Assembly: GCA_046542505.1 (NCBI GenBank)
Contig: JBKHBH010000034.1
Location: 1-19,088 of the forward strand
Origin: Thermovirgaceae bacterium
GTDB taxonomy: Bacteria > Synergistota > Synergistia > Synergistales > Thermovirgaceae
Length of the DNA: 19,088 nucleotides
Direction of reading: 5' to 3'
Under the pieces are notes generated by a model. It had not been told where the DNA came from. It worked only from the letters and a program-made list of their open reading frames with translations, and did no database searches. Of this stretch, positions 7,329-15,826 are shown piece by piece. The first letter of the stretch is position 1. The number at the start of each line of letters is the position of its first letter. The position numbers and the translations under genes were made by a program.

Positions 7329-9627
7329 TGTTTCCCTCAGGCTCCTTGTCTCTGGAGAATCCCCGGCTTTTCTCCAGGAGCGTATCCAGCAAAAAACGGG
7401 TGTCCCGTTTCGAATGCATCTGCGATCCCATGGCACCGACGCAGGCGGGGCAGCCATCCTCGCAGGGGCATCCCTCGAGTGCTTCGGCGGCGGATTTGAG
7501 AAGGGTCTTTCTGAGTCCGTAGGCTGCTTCGGCGAGGCCGACTCCACCGGGGTAATTGTCTGCGATATAGATGGCCGGGCCTCCAAGGAAGGGGTCTTTT
7601 ACCATGCTGTGGATCCTGAGGTCGTGGCGGTCACACATAAGAAAGAGGGGGACCGTGCCCTTCAAAAGATGTGCAAGACCTGTCAAAGCCGAGCTCCGCC
7701 GGTCCTCGGACCATCCTTCCCAGACGATGCCCGTAGGGAGAAAGAACCAGCATGCCGTGGTGTGCATCTGGTCCTCCGGCAGGTGGATGTGGCCGTATCC
7801 GACATTCTCGTGGGTATGGAGGCGGATCTTCTTGTAGACCGTCGGCCTCGACGCAAGCAGGACCTCTCCCCAGCCCCACTGGTTCTGTGTATCAAAGGTG
7901 TCAATGACCTGGAAACGGACCGCCATGTCGGCGTCGGTGTAGTAATCAGCGTCCACTTTCCTGACGTAACAACGCATGCCCTTGCTGTCGAGTTCCGTCA
8001 CCTGGTAGGATTCTCCGCCGTGAAAGTAGATGGCTTCGGGGTGGATCAGCATGGGGGCGCTTGGTCTGTCCACCTCGCCGATGACCACGGGGTTTGCCGT
8101 CTCGGTGATGTCTGTGATCACATAATTTTCGCTCGTGGCGCTTCTCAGGGACAGGGACTCGGCGGGGAAGGAGTCGGCCTGCCAGTGATACCTGCCTCCG
8201 GCGTGGTGGAGAATGCCCTGGGCCTCAAGGTATTCTAGAATCTCTTCGGGGTCCTCCTCGCCGAAGCGCTCCCCCTTGTCGAAGGGAAGTTCGAAGGCGC
8301 CGCATTTGAGGTGACTCACGAGGATATAAAGGTTGTCGGCGTTGATCCTCGCCTGCTCAGGGGAGGCGCCGAAGAAATAGTCGGGGCGTGAAGCCAGAAA
8401 CTGGTCCAGCGCAAAGGACGACGCCACCATGACTGCGGCCGATATCCCGCTTCGGCGTCCCGCTCGTCCCATTTGCTGCCAGGTGGAGGCAACGCTGCCG
8501 GGATATCCGTGGAGAACGGCAAGTTCCAGGGACCCGATGTCGATCCCGAGTTCCAGGGCGTTGGTGCTGATCACGCAGGAAAGGGAGCCGTCCCGCAGGC
8601 GTCTTTCGATGGCGCGGCGCTCGTTGGGGAGGTAGCCGCCGCGATAGCCTGCGACGGAATCGGCAGGGAGCCCGCTTTGGCGGAGAGCCTTCCTGATATA
8701 GGTGAGAAGCAGCTCGACGTTGATCCGGGATCTTGTAAAGACGATGGTGCTGATGCCGTTTGAGACGGCGTTGCCGGCGATGCGTGCCGTTTCTTTCAGC
8801 GATGATTTCCGGATGCCGAGCTGGCTGTTCACCACGGGAGGGTTGTACAAAACGATCCGTTTTTCTCCGCTCGGCGCACCGTTTTCGGCGACGATTTCCA
8901 CAGGGGCCTCCAGGAGCCTTTCGGCATGGTCCTTCGGATTGCTGATTGTGGCCGAGCTGCAGATGAAACGGGGGTTTGAGCCGTAGAAGGCGCAAATCCG
9001 CTTTAGCCGGCGGATGAGATTTGCCACGTGGGAGCCGAAGACGCCGCGGTATGTGTGCAGTTCGTCGATGACCACGTACCGAAGGTTCTCAAAAAGTTTG
9101 ACCCACTTGGTGTGATGGGGGAGAATCCCCGTATTCAGCATATCGGGATTGGTAATCACGATATGTCCCGCCGCGCGGAGCTTCGTCCGCACCGACGGTG
9201 GAGTGTCCCCGTCGTAGGTGAAGGTCTTGACGGGAGCACCGGCTTCCTGGATGAGGCCGTACAATTCCGTCAGCTGATCCTGACTCAGGGCTTTGGTGGG
9301 GAAAATGTAGAGCGCACGGGATGCATTGTCTTTCATTATCGCGTCGAGAACGGGAATGTTGTAGCAAAGCGTTTTCCCCGAGGCTGTGGGTGTCACGGTC
9401 ACAACGTTACGGCCCGACAGGGTGGCTTCTATTGCCTTTGCCTGATGGCTGTAGAGACTTTCAATACCCCGTCGTGTTAACGCAACGCGCAATCGCTGGT
9501 CGACATCCGGCCATTCGCAGAAGTGGGGCGGGCGCTCAGGAAGAACCTGTTCGGCCGCAATGTCTCCGCCCAAAGACGTAAGAGTACCCAGAAATTCATC
9601 GAGAGTTTTTCGGCGTTTTTTCAGCAG
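7321..9627 (-). CDS. mrfA: MrfA/YprA (Hrq1/SftH-like) SF2 DEAH-box helicase with C-terminal DUF1998
   Basis: LYSHQ Q-motif, TPTASGKT, DELH, SAT, TNALELGIDIG, QQMGRAGR and a four-Cys C-terminus (MCD...CPCEDGCPAC). Start is probably CTG 9627; the ORF track start is TTG 9573. Confidence 0.9.
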   Translation of the reverse strand: MLKKRRKTLDEFLGTLTSLGGDIAAEQVLPERPPHFCEWPDVDQRLRVALTRRGIESLYSHQAKAIEATLSGRNVVTVTPTASGKTLCYNIPVLDAIMKDNASRALYIFPTKALSQDQLTELYGLIQEAGAPVKTFTYDGDTPPSVRTKLRAAGHIVITNPDMLNTGILPHHTKWVKLFENLRYVVIDELHTYRGVFGSHVANLIRRLKRICAFYGSNPRFICSSATISNPKDHAERLLEAPVEIVAENGAPSGEKRIVLYNPPVVNSQLGIRKSSLKETARIAGNAVSNGISTIVFTRSRINVELLLTYIRKALRQSGLPADSVAGYRGGYLPNERRAIERRLRDGSLSCVISTNALELGIDIGSLELAVLHGYPGSVASTWQQMGRAGRRSGISAAVMVASSFALDQFLASRPDYFFGASPEQARINADNLYILVSHLKCGAFELPFDKGERFGEEDPEEILEYLEAQGILHHAGGRYHWQADSFPAESLSLRSATSENYVITDITETANPVVIGEVDRPSAPMLIHPEAIYFHGGESYQVTELDSKGMRCYVRKVDADYYTDADMAVRFQVIDTFDTQNQWGWGEVLLASRPTVYKKIRLHTHENVGYGHIHLPEDQMHTTACWFFLPTGIVWEGWSEDRRSSALTGLAHLLKGTVPLFLMCDRHDLRIHSMVKDPFLGGPAIYIADNYPGGVGLAEAAYGLRKTLLKSAAEALEGCPCEDGCPACVGAMGSQMHSKRDTRFLLDTLLEKSRGFSRDKEPEGNND

Positions 9628-9651
9628 GAGCCTTGCACCTCCGGAACAAGT

Positions 9652-11400
9652 CTAGCAACTTTCCTGCCCCACGGCGAGGGTTCTGAGGCGGTTAATGGCT
9701 GCCGATATTTCCTGGGGTCTCGGCCTCGCGTGTTCGGCGGGGGGCCTGCCGAAGGGGGAGATGACGTCAAGTCCTTCTCTGTCTATGCGTTCTTCCACAG
9801 CCTGGAGGATGCGATGGAGGGGTCGTCTGCCGTCGATGATGCCTTCACGGAGCGCGAAGAGGAGGATGTCGCCTATGGCCCGCGTCTGGCTCTCGTCGAC
9901 GATCTGTTCCACCCGATCCAGATCTATCGTCGTGGGCCCGAACTGAATATGCCATTTCCCTCGAGCCCGCACGGCCGTCTTTTTCCCCTTCTTCGGATCG
10001 AAACTTTCAGGCCGGGGGATTCTGCATGCCACGTTCCCAAGTGCGGCGGGCTGTTCCGAAGCCCTGAGGTTAGGGAAATCACAGGCGATTTGTCGTGCTT
10101 CGGCGGTAACGTCTCGGGGGCGGAAGTGGTCCATAAGAATGACGTGATCCGCGGTATCGAAATAATCCCCTGAGCCCCCCATGACCAGGATCGTCGAAAC
10201 ACCGTCTTGTTCATAAAGTTCTCGGGCGCGGTCGATAAAGGGGATGATGGGTTCCCTTTCCGCTGCCACGAGCTGTTGCATCCGGGCATCGCGGATCATG
10301 AAGTTTGTCGCCGACGTGTCCTCGTCCAGAAGAAGCAGTTTTACCCCCGCTTCGAGGGCCTCCATGATGTTGGCGGCCTGGGATGTGCTTCCGCTCGCGT
10401 CGTCGGTCCTGAAGGCCCCGGTATCCCTGCCGAAGGGAAGGTTGTTGATGAAGGGGGAGATGTCGACGCCCTCGACTCTTCTGCCGTCTTCCGCCCTGAT
10501 CTTGGCCGCCGAGCCGACGGCGACCACCTGTTCCCGGCCGTCGCCGGGGACATGGTTGTAGATGGAATGCTCCAGAGCCGCCAAAATGGTGGACTTGCCG
10601 TGAAACCCTCCTCCGACGATGAGGGTGACGCCCTTTGGGATCCCCATGCCACGCACCCTGCCGCCGTTGGGTGTTTTTATCTCCACTTCCAGGGAGGGGG
10701 GGCTTTCGAAGAGTACCGCCCTGTCTCTGGCAAGAGGCCTCGGGTCGATGCCGCTTCGTCTCGGAAGCAGCGCGCCGTTGGCGACAAAGGCCACCAGCCC
10801 CTCTGCTTCGAGGGCCTGTCGAAGGGCTTGTTGGTCTTCGACGGCATGCACGTGGTCCTTCATCGCCTTTTCCGGGAGGGCGCCGGCCAAAAGGGATTTT
10901 GCGGCCACCTCGGGCAGGTCTGTCGTCAGCATCTTCAGCGCCTCGCCGCCGTCTATGCGCCTTCCTTTGGCGGGCAGGCCGACCAGAAGCCTGGCTTCAA
11001 GCCGCTCGGGGAAGATCCTTACGCAGCTTCTTTCCAGTACTTCCTGTTTCGGCGCATCTATGGTGATCATCCCGCTTTTACCTGAGCCTCTCCGTTTCCC
11101 AGAGATTTTTTCCAAAGCTGTGTGAACGGAGCGGGCAAGGAAATCTTCCATGGCCGTCCGCCTCGTTTTACCTGATATCAGCTCCCGCGGAAGTCCCGTT
11201 CCGGCCATGGGTATGGACAGGGCGATCTGGGAAGGTGAGGCAAAGGGATCCCCCTGGACGTACTGGACAGTCAAGACAAACCCGGGAAAGGAGAAACTTT
11301 TCCCCTGGAGATCCTTGTAGGCCTTGTACCCCTTGCCGTCGATGCGTGAGAGAATGCGTTTCAGTTCCTGCATGTCCTTTTCGATCACTCCAGACTTCAT
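9652..11400 (-). CDS. Predicted ATPase of the ABC class (COG3044 / ABC_ATPase family, soluble)
   Basis: Motifs RIDGKGYKAYKDL, VQGDPFASPS, Walker A GGGFHGKST, ASGSTSQAANI and Walker B LLLDEDTSATNFMIRD. No TM partner nearby. Start may be ATG 11373. Confidence 0.9.
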   Translation of the reverse strand: MKSGVIEKDMQELKRILSRIDGKGYKAYKDLQGKSFSFPGFVLTVQYVQGDPFASPSQIALSIPMAGTGLPRELISGKTRRTAMEDFLARSVHTALEKISGKRRGSGKSGMITIDAPKQEVLERSCVRIFPERLEARLLVGLPAKGRRIDGGEALKMLTTDLPEVAAKSLLAGALPEKAMKDHVHAVEDQQALRQALEAEGLVAFVANGALLPRRSGIDPRPLARDRAVLFESPPSLEVEIKTPNGGRVRGMGIPKGVTLIVGGGFHGKSTILAALEHSIYNHVPGDGREQVVAVGSAAKIRAEDGRRVEGVDISPFINNLPFGRDTGAFRTDDASGSTSQAANIMEALEAGVKLLLLDEDTSATNFMIRDARMQQLVAAEREPIIPFIDRARELYEQDGVSTILVMGGSGDYFDTADHVILMDHFRPRDVTAEARQIACDFPNLRASEQPAALGNVACRIPRPESFDPKKGKKTAVRARGKWHIQFGPTTIDLDRVEQIVDESQTRAIGDILLFALREGIIDGRRPLHRILQAVEERIDREGLDVISPFGRPPAEHARPRPQEISAAINRLRTLAVGQESC

Positions 11401-11670
11401 TCCTGTTTCCGGTTGATGCCGCAGGAAAGGCTGGCTTGCTTACCGTCCTGCCACAGCCCCTTTGGCTTTTCGTGCACCTGCCATCCTCGCAATGAAGCAA
11501 CTCGCCACCATCAACCACGGGACAGGCCGTGGCTTGTTTGCGCAAGGAAGCCTGGTTGCAGCCGATGACGGCAAACCATAGGGCAGTTTTCGGGAAAGGC
11601 CGCTGTGAAAAGGGCCTTTCTCATGGAAACAAAAGGGCGAAGAAAAGGCAAGGGGGAAACCACCGGGAAG

Positions 11671-11695
11671 CGGGGGGCCTGGAAAAGGCCCCCCG
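11671..11695 (-). terminator. Stem-loop immediately downstream of citF (possible terminator)
   Basis: CGGGGGGCCT (11671-11680) pairs with AGGCCCCCCG (11686-11695), a 10-bp stem 7 nt after the stop. The U-tract is weak (CTTCCC). Confidence 0.55.
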
Positions 11696-11702
11696 TACTG
11701 TG

Positions 11703-13253
11703 TTATTTGTTTTTCAACTGCCTGACCACGTCGATGACTGACCCGTCCCTGTACTCGACGACTCCGATAATCCGGTCTTCCACCTCTACGGGCGACATCG
11801 GCCCCGTGAGTTTTTCTGCTTTTTCCACGAGATCGTCGATGGAAACGAGCGGGATTTCCGGGTCTGATTTTGCGGCTTCGAGAAGATCCTTACGGTTAGG
11901 GTTGATGGCGACGCCGAATTCGGTCACCACGGCATCGACGACTTCACCCGGGGTGGTTACCGTGTAGACCGAGTCGACCACCGAAGGGATTCTTCCGCGC
12001 AAAAGGGGTGTGGTGATGATCGTCAGCTTCGCGCCGCTGGCCGTATCCTGGTGACCGCCGATACCGTGAAGCAGCGCTCCGTCTGCCTCAGTGTTGACGT
12101 TTACATTGAACTTCCGGTCCACTTCGGTGGCCCCGAGGACGACGGTATCGAGCATGTTGACCACGCAGCCGGCGTTCCAGGGGTTTGCGTACCAGTCGGC
12201 GGAAATCTCAACATGTTTTGCGTTGCGAGAGATCGACTCGACTGCGGCCAGGTCAAAGGACTGGACGTCGAGGATCTGCTCGAAAAGTCCCTCCTCGAGC
12301 ATGTCGACGAAGAAACTCGTGATTCCCCCGAGACCGAAGCTGCCCTTTATGTCCCGTTCCCGCATGGCTTCCCTGACATATGCCGCCGCCGCAAGAGAAA
12401 TGCCGCCCGCTCCTGTCTGGAAGGAAATACCCTCCCGGAAATAGGGGCTTGCCTCGATCAGGTGAGCCGCGTACCGGGCGATAAGAAGCCGCATGGGATC
12501 CCTGGTGACCCGGGTCGTTCCCGAGACGATGCCTGAGGGGTCTCCGATCTTGTCGACTTCAACCACGTAGTCGACCTGGGTCTGGGGTATCTGGATGTCC
12601 AGGGCGGGGTAGTTGACGAGATTGTCCGTGACGGCGATGACGCATTCGGCGAAATCGGCGTCGGTATGGGCGTATCCCAGTGAACCGCATGCCGATTCGC
12701 CATGGGCGCCGGTGATGTTCCCGTATTTGTCCGCCGTGGGAGCGGCGACGAAAGCTGCATCGATATGGACGTCACCGCTTGTGACCGCGCGGGGGCGTCC
12801 GCCATGACTCCTGAGGATCACAGGCAGCTCCATGCCGCCTTCCGAGGCCAGTTGTCCGATTGGGCCGTTCACCGAGCCCTGGATCTGCTTGATGACCCCT
12901 TTTTGAATGTGCTTCGTCAGGTGCTTGTGGACACCGAAAAGAGCCGTGGGAAACACGATGAGGTCCTTGATCCCCAGTTCGTAGCAGGCGTCGAGGACCA
13001 TGTTGACCACGTAGTCGCCGTTGCGAAGATGATGGTGGAAGGAGACAGTCATTCCGCTTTCGAGACCGGAAGCCTTGATGGCGGCCTTGATGTTCGGAAG
13101 CGTCTTGTCCGTCTTGGTATTGAAGGCGGCCCTGTTTTTCTTGCCGATCCTGTTTCCCTTGGGAAGTCGCTTGGTATATCCCCTGAAGGGGAGTACGTCT
13201 CCGTAGCCCGGGATCGTATTGGGTATGTTGCGTCCTGCCGCGTTGACAGCCAT
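11703..13253 (-). CDS. citF: Citrate lyase alpha subunit (citrate CoA/ACP transferase)
   Basis: Motifs MAVNAAGRNIP, GMTVSFHHHLRNGD, RSHGGRPRA, FQTGAGG, GIGGHQD and VEYRDGSVIDVV. GGAGGTG SD present. Confidence 0.93.
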   Translation of the reverse strand: MAVNAAGRNIPNTIPGYGDVLPFRGYTKRLPKGNRIGKKNRAAFNTKTDKTLPNIKAAIKASGLESGMTVSFHHHLRNGDYVVNMVLDACYELGIKDLIVFPTALFGVHKHLTKHIQKGVIKQIQGSVNGPIGQLASEGGMELPVILRSHGGRPRAVTSGDVHIDAAFVAAPTADKYGNITGAHGESACGSLGYAHTDADFAECVIAVTDNLVNYPALDIQIPQTQVDYVVEVDKIGDPSGIVSGTTRVTRDPMRLLIARYAAHLIEASPYFREGISFQTGAGGISLAAAAYVREAMRERDIKGSFGLGGITSFFVDMLEEGLFEQILDVQSFDLAAVESISRNAKHVEISADWYANPWNAGCVVNMLDTVVLGATEVDRKFNVNVNTEADGALLHGIGGHQDTASGAKLTIITTPLLRGRIPSVVDSVYTVTTPGEVVDAVVTEFGVAINPNRKDLLEAAKSDPEIPLVSIDDLVEKAEKLTGPMSPVEVEDRIIGVVEYRDGSVIDVVRQLKNK

Positions 13254-13256
13254 GTC

Positions 13257-14132
13257 CTATTCACCTCCCTCGAGAAGCCCTGCCCGCTGCAGGGTGTACT
13301 CGGCCCGCTTGATCACGGGTTTGTCCACCATGCGTCCGTCGACGGAAACGGCTCCGAGGCCCTTTTTGGCGGCTTCTTTCGCGGCGGATACAATCTTTTG
13401 GGCCCGGTCGATTTCTTTCTGCGTCGGGGCAAAAACATTATGGATGACAGGAATCTGGTTCGGATGGATGACGCTTTTGCCCTGGAAACCAAGCTGTTTA
13501 ACCCATTCCGTTTCCCGGCGCAGTCCTTCATCGTCGGTGACATTCGCGTATACCGTGTCAAGAGCGTCAACTTTTGCTGCGTGTGCGGCAAGCACGACGA
13601 TCCGCCTCGGGCCGATCAGTTCTTCGCCCGTCTCAGACCGGTCCGTCTTGAGATCCGCCCTCAGGTCCTCTCCGCCGGGGCAGATTGCTGCAATTCTCGG
13701 GGTAGATGTGGCGATGTCGTAGGCTCTCCAGATACCAAGAGCCGTTTCCAGAAGGCAGAAGATCAGGGTTTTCCCTATGGAGATACCTGCTTTCTCCTCG
13801 ATTTCAGAAAGGGCTTCATCAAGAATCTGCATATCCTTGGGGGACTCCGCCTTCGGGACACGGATTCCGTCGATGCCGCAAGGGACGACGGTCTCGATGT
13901 CCTTTTTCCACATGTCGGTGTCCATGCCGTTGATCCGGACTGTGACCTCACAGTCGCCGAAATCCCCCTGTTTGAGGACCTCCCTCACAAGGATCCTTGC
14001 GGCGTCCTTTTCGGACATGGAGACGGCGTCCTCGAGGTCCAGGATGACGCCGTCGGGCCGGAAGAGGTGTCCCCGAAGGAGCATGTTGGGGTTGTTTCCC
14101 GGAAGATAGAGTTTCGTTCTTCGGAGTTTCAT
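13257..14132 (-). CDS. citE: Citrate lyase beta subunit (citryl-ACP lyase, HpcH/HpaI fold)
   Basis: Motifs LRRTKLYLPGNNP, DLEDAV, VRIN, PKAE, LLETALG, GKSVIHPNQI and DGRMVDKPV. ATGA overlap with citD. Confidence 0.92.
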   Translation of the reverse strand: MKLRRTKLYLPGNNPNMLLRGHLFRPDGVILDLEDAVSMSEKDAARILVREVLKQGDFGDCEVTVRINGMDTDMWKKDIETVVPCGIDGIRVPKAESPKDMQILDEALSEIEEKAGISIGKTLIFCLLETALGIWRAYDIATSTPRIAAICPGGEDLRADLKTDRSETGEELIGPRRIVVLAAHAAKVDALDTVYANVTDDEGLRRETEWVKQLGFQGKSVIHPNQIPVIHNVFAPTQKEIDRAQKIVSAAKEAAKKGLGAVSVDGRMVDKPVIKRAEYTLQRAGLLEGGE

Positions 14133-14401
14133 CGGAAATCACCTCCGAGGAGCCTGGAGGCCGCAGCCTCAACGCGCGCCCTGAGCACCAGGTCCGTCGC
14201 ACCGTTATCCTGAATGGACAGTTTTATGTCCTTGACGCCCATTTCCTTGAGGGTTTCCTTGGCCGATTTGAGGATGGCTTCACCAAACCTGGTGATGCTT
14301 GCTCCCTCCATCGAAACGGATATACCTCTGCCCTTGTCCACTTCGCTGGCGGTAACCAGGCAATCCATGGATTCAAGGGTTCCTGCCTGGGCTGTTTTCA
14401 T
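14129..14401 (-). CDS. citD: Citrate lyase gamma subunit (acyl carrier protein)
   Basis: 90 aa starting at ATG 14401 after GGAGG. Contains AGTLESMD with the prosthetic-group Ser, and QDNGA..VLRARVEAA. Confidence 0.92.
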   Translation of the reverse strand: MKTAQAGTLESMDCLVTASEVDKGRGISVSMEGASITRFGEAILKSAKETLKEMGVKDIKLSIQDNGATDLVLRARVEAAASRLLGGDFR

Positions 14402-14559
14402 TCCCATTCCTCCAATGCATAAAGAGGCAGGAGCGGTTAAACCGCCTAAACGGCAAGGCCACTTCATTGGTGGCTCAAACCGCGCCTGCCTCGAAATATT
14501 CGGCACCGTTCCGGGGCCGAATATGCTTCCCGCCCCGGAGATTCCCTGGTGCTACCAGG

Positions 14560-15795
14560 TTAAACCAGATGCTCCCATGCACACATTTCCTTTGCCTTGG
14601 CACAGATTTCGTCGGCCTTCTTGTCAAACTCCGGATCGATCTTCGCGGCAATTGCCTTTGCCATCTCGAGAGTGGATACGGCCTTTGTCTCCCAGTCCTT
14701 GTCGCCCCTGTCACGCCAGATATCGTAGGTGAGAGCCTTTCCTTCGACAAGGGTGTCGCCGATGGCCTTTTCGAGTTTTTCAGCGTGCTCGTCAAGCTGG
14801 AGATAATAGAGCATCATCGCGGCGGTGATCAGAAGCCCACAGGGATTGATCTTGTACTGGTGAGCGTATTTTGGCACGGACCCGTGGCTCGGTTCGAAAA
14901 GTGCCGCCTCCTCGCCGATATTACCGCTGGGAGAGAATCCCATGCCTCCGATGAGCTGGGAGGCCTCGTCGGAAAGGATATCGCCGAAAACGTTGGATGT
15001 GACAATGACCTGATAATTCTGGGGGTTCTTCAGAAGCCACATGGCCGTCGCGTCGGCGTTCTCCTCGCGGGCTTCGATTTCGGGGTATTCCTTGGCGATT
15101 TCAAGGAAGCGTTCCTTCATCATGCCGTCGGTGGCCCGGATGACGTTGGCTTTGTTGCAGTTTACGACGCTTGTCAGGCCGTTGGCCTTGGCATATTCGA
15201 AGGCGGCCCGGATGATGCGGTCGCAGCCTTCCTTGGAAAAGACGCGCCAGGAAACGGCGACTTCTTCCTTGTCCTTGTAGCGTTCCATGCCGGGATGGAG
15301 GTCGAACATTTCCTTCGGGAGAGGGCGCCATTCAACGGCGGAATAAAGGTCTTCCGTATTTTCCCTGAAAACGGCGATATCAATATTGGGATCACCCTTC
15401 AGGGGAGTGCTGATACCGGGGTAGAGCTTTGCCGGGCGGAAGTTGATAAAGAGATCGAATTTCTGCCGCATCTGCAGGATGGCCGACTTGAAGCCCTTCA
15501 CGCCTGATTTTGAGGTAATTGCCGCCATGAGTGTTGCATCGGTGTCCTTGACCTTGTCGAACGTCTCGGGCGGCACGGTGTTCCGACGCGGATCGCCCTC
15601 GGGATACTCCTTGCTGGCCTTTTCCCACATGCACCAGCCCATGTCGGCCCGCACCCAGTCTATAGGAGCGTCCAGAGCCTGCATTACGATCATTGCGGCT
15701 TCCATGACGTCAAAGCCCGAGTCGTCGCCGGGAATATAGGCAACCTGATAGCGGTCCTTTTTTTCCTTGACCTGCATGACATTCTTTCTTGCCAT
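14560..15795 (-). CDS. Isocitrate/homoisocitrate/isopropylmalate dehydrogenase family beta-decarboxylating dehydrogenase
   Basis: Motifs IPGDDSG, MRQKFDLFINFRP, FRENTEDLY, KANV, NVFGDILSDEAS and FEPSHGSVPKYA. Start ATG 15795 after GGAGGT. Substrate unresolved. Confidence 0.92.
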   Translation of the reverse strand: MARKNVMQVKEKKDRYQVAYIPGDDSGFDVMEAAMIVMQALDAPIDWVRADMGWCMWEKASKEYPEGDPRRNTVPPETFDKVKDTDATLMAAITSKSGVKGFKSAILQMRQKFDLFINFRPAKLYPGISTPLKGDPNIDIAVFRENTEDLYSAVEWRPLPKEMFDLHPGMERYKDKEEVAVSWRVFSKEGCDRIIRAAFEYAKANGLTSVVNCNKANVIRATDGMMKERFLEIAKEYPEIEAREENADATAMWLLKNPQNYQVIVTSNVFGDILSDEASQLIGGMGFSPSGNIGEEAALFEPSHGSVPKYAHQYKINPCGLLITAAMMLYYLQLDEHAEKLEKAIGDTLVEGKALTYDIWRDRGDKDWETKAVSTLEMAKAIAAKIDPEFDKKADEICAKAKEMCAWEHLV

Positions 15796-15826
15796 TGGTA
15801 ATGACCTCCCTGAATAGTTTTGGTAA

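Noticed and set aside
7329..7586. 86-aa N-terminal extension of the exonuclease ORF
   Set aside because: It overlaps the helicase's Cys-motif coding region. ATG 7328 has an SD and a typical stop/start overlap.
6105..11400. Anti-phage system (DISARM DrmAB-like) suggested by helicase, DUF1998, nuclease and ATPase
   Set aside because: The helicase and DUF1998 are fused and followed by a YprB-type nuclease, which is the MrfAB arrangement. There is no methylase, PLD nuclease or mobile context.
9652..11400. ABC transporter ATP-binding subunit
   Set aside because: There is no permease or binding protein nearby, and the motifs match the soluble COG3044 family.
12702..14213. 503-aa + strand ORF
   Set aside because: It lies antisense to the well-supported citE/citF and has no recognisable motifs. 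Long shadow ORFs are expected in GC-rich coding DNA.
14424..14492. tRNA-like cloverleaf
   Set aside because: It is multi-branched but has no T-loop (TTCRA) or D-loop consensus at the proper positions.
14402..14506. Longer 125-aa citD start (also the 15864 start for the dehydrogenase and 3411 for the phosphoesterase)
   Set aside because: The extensions run through intergenic or hairpin sequence. Downstream starts give family-typical N-termini, with clear SD sites for citD and the dehydrogenase.
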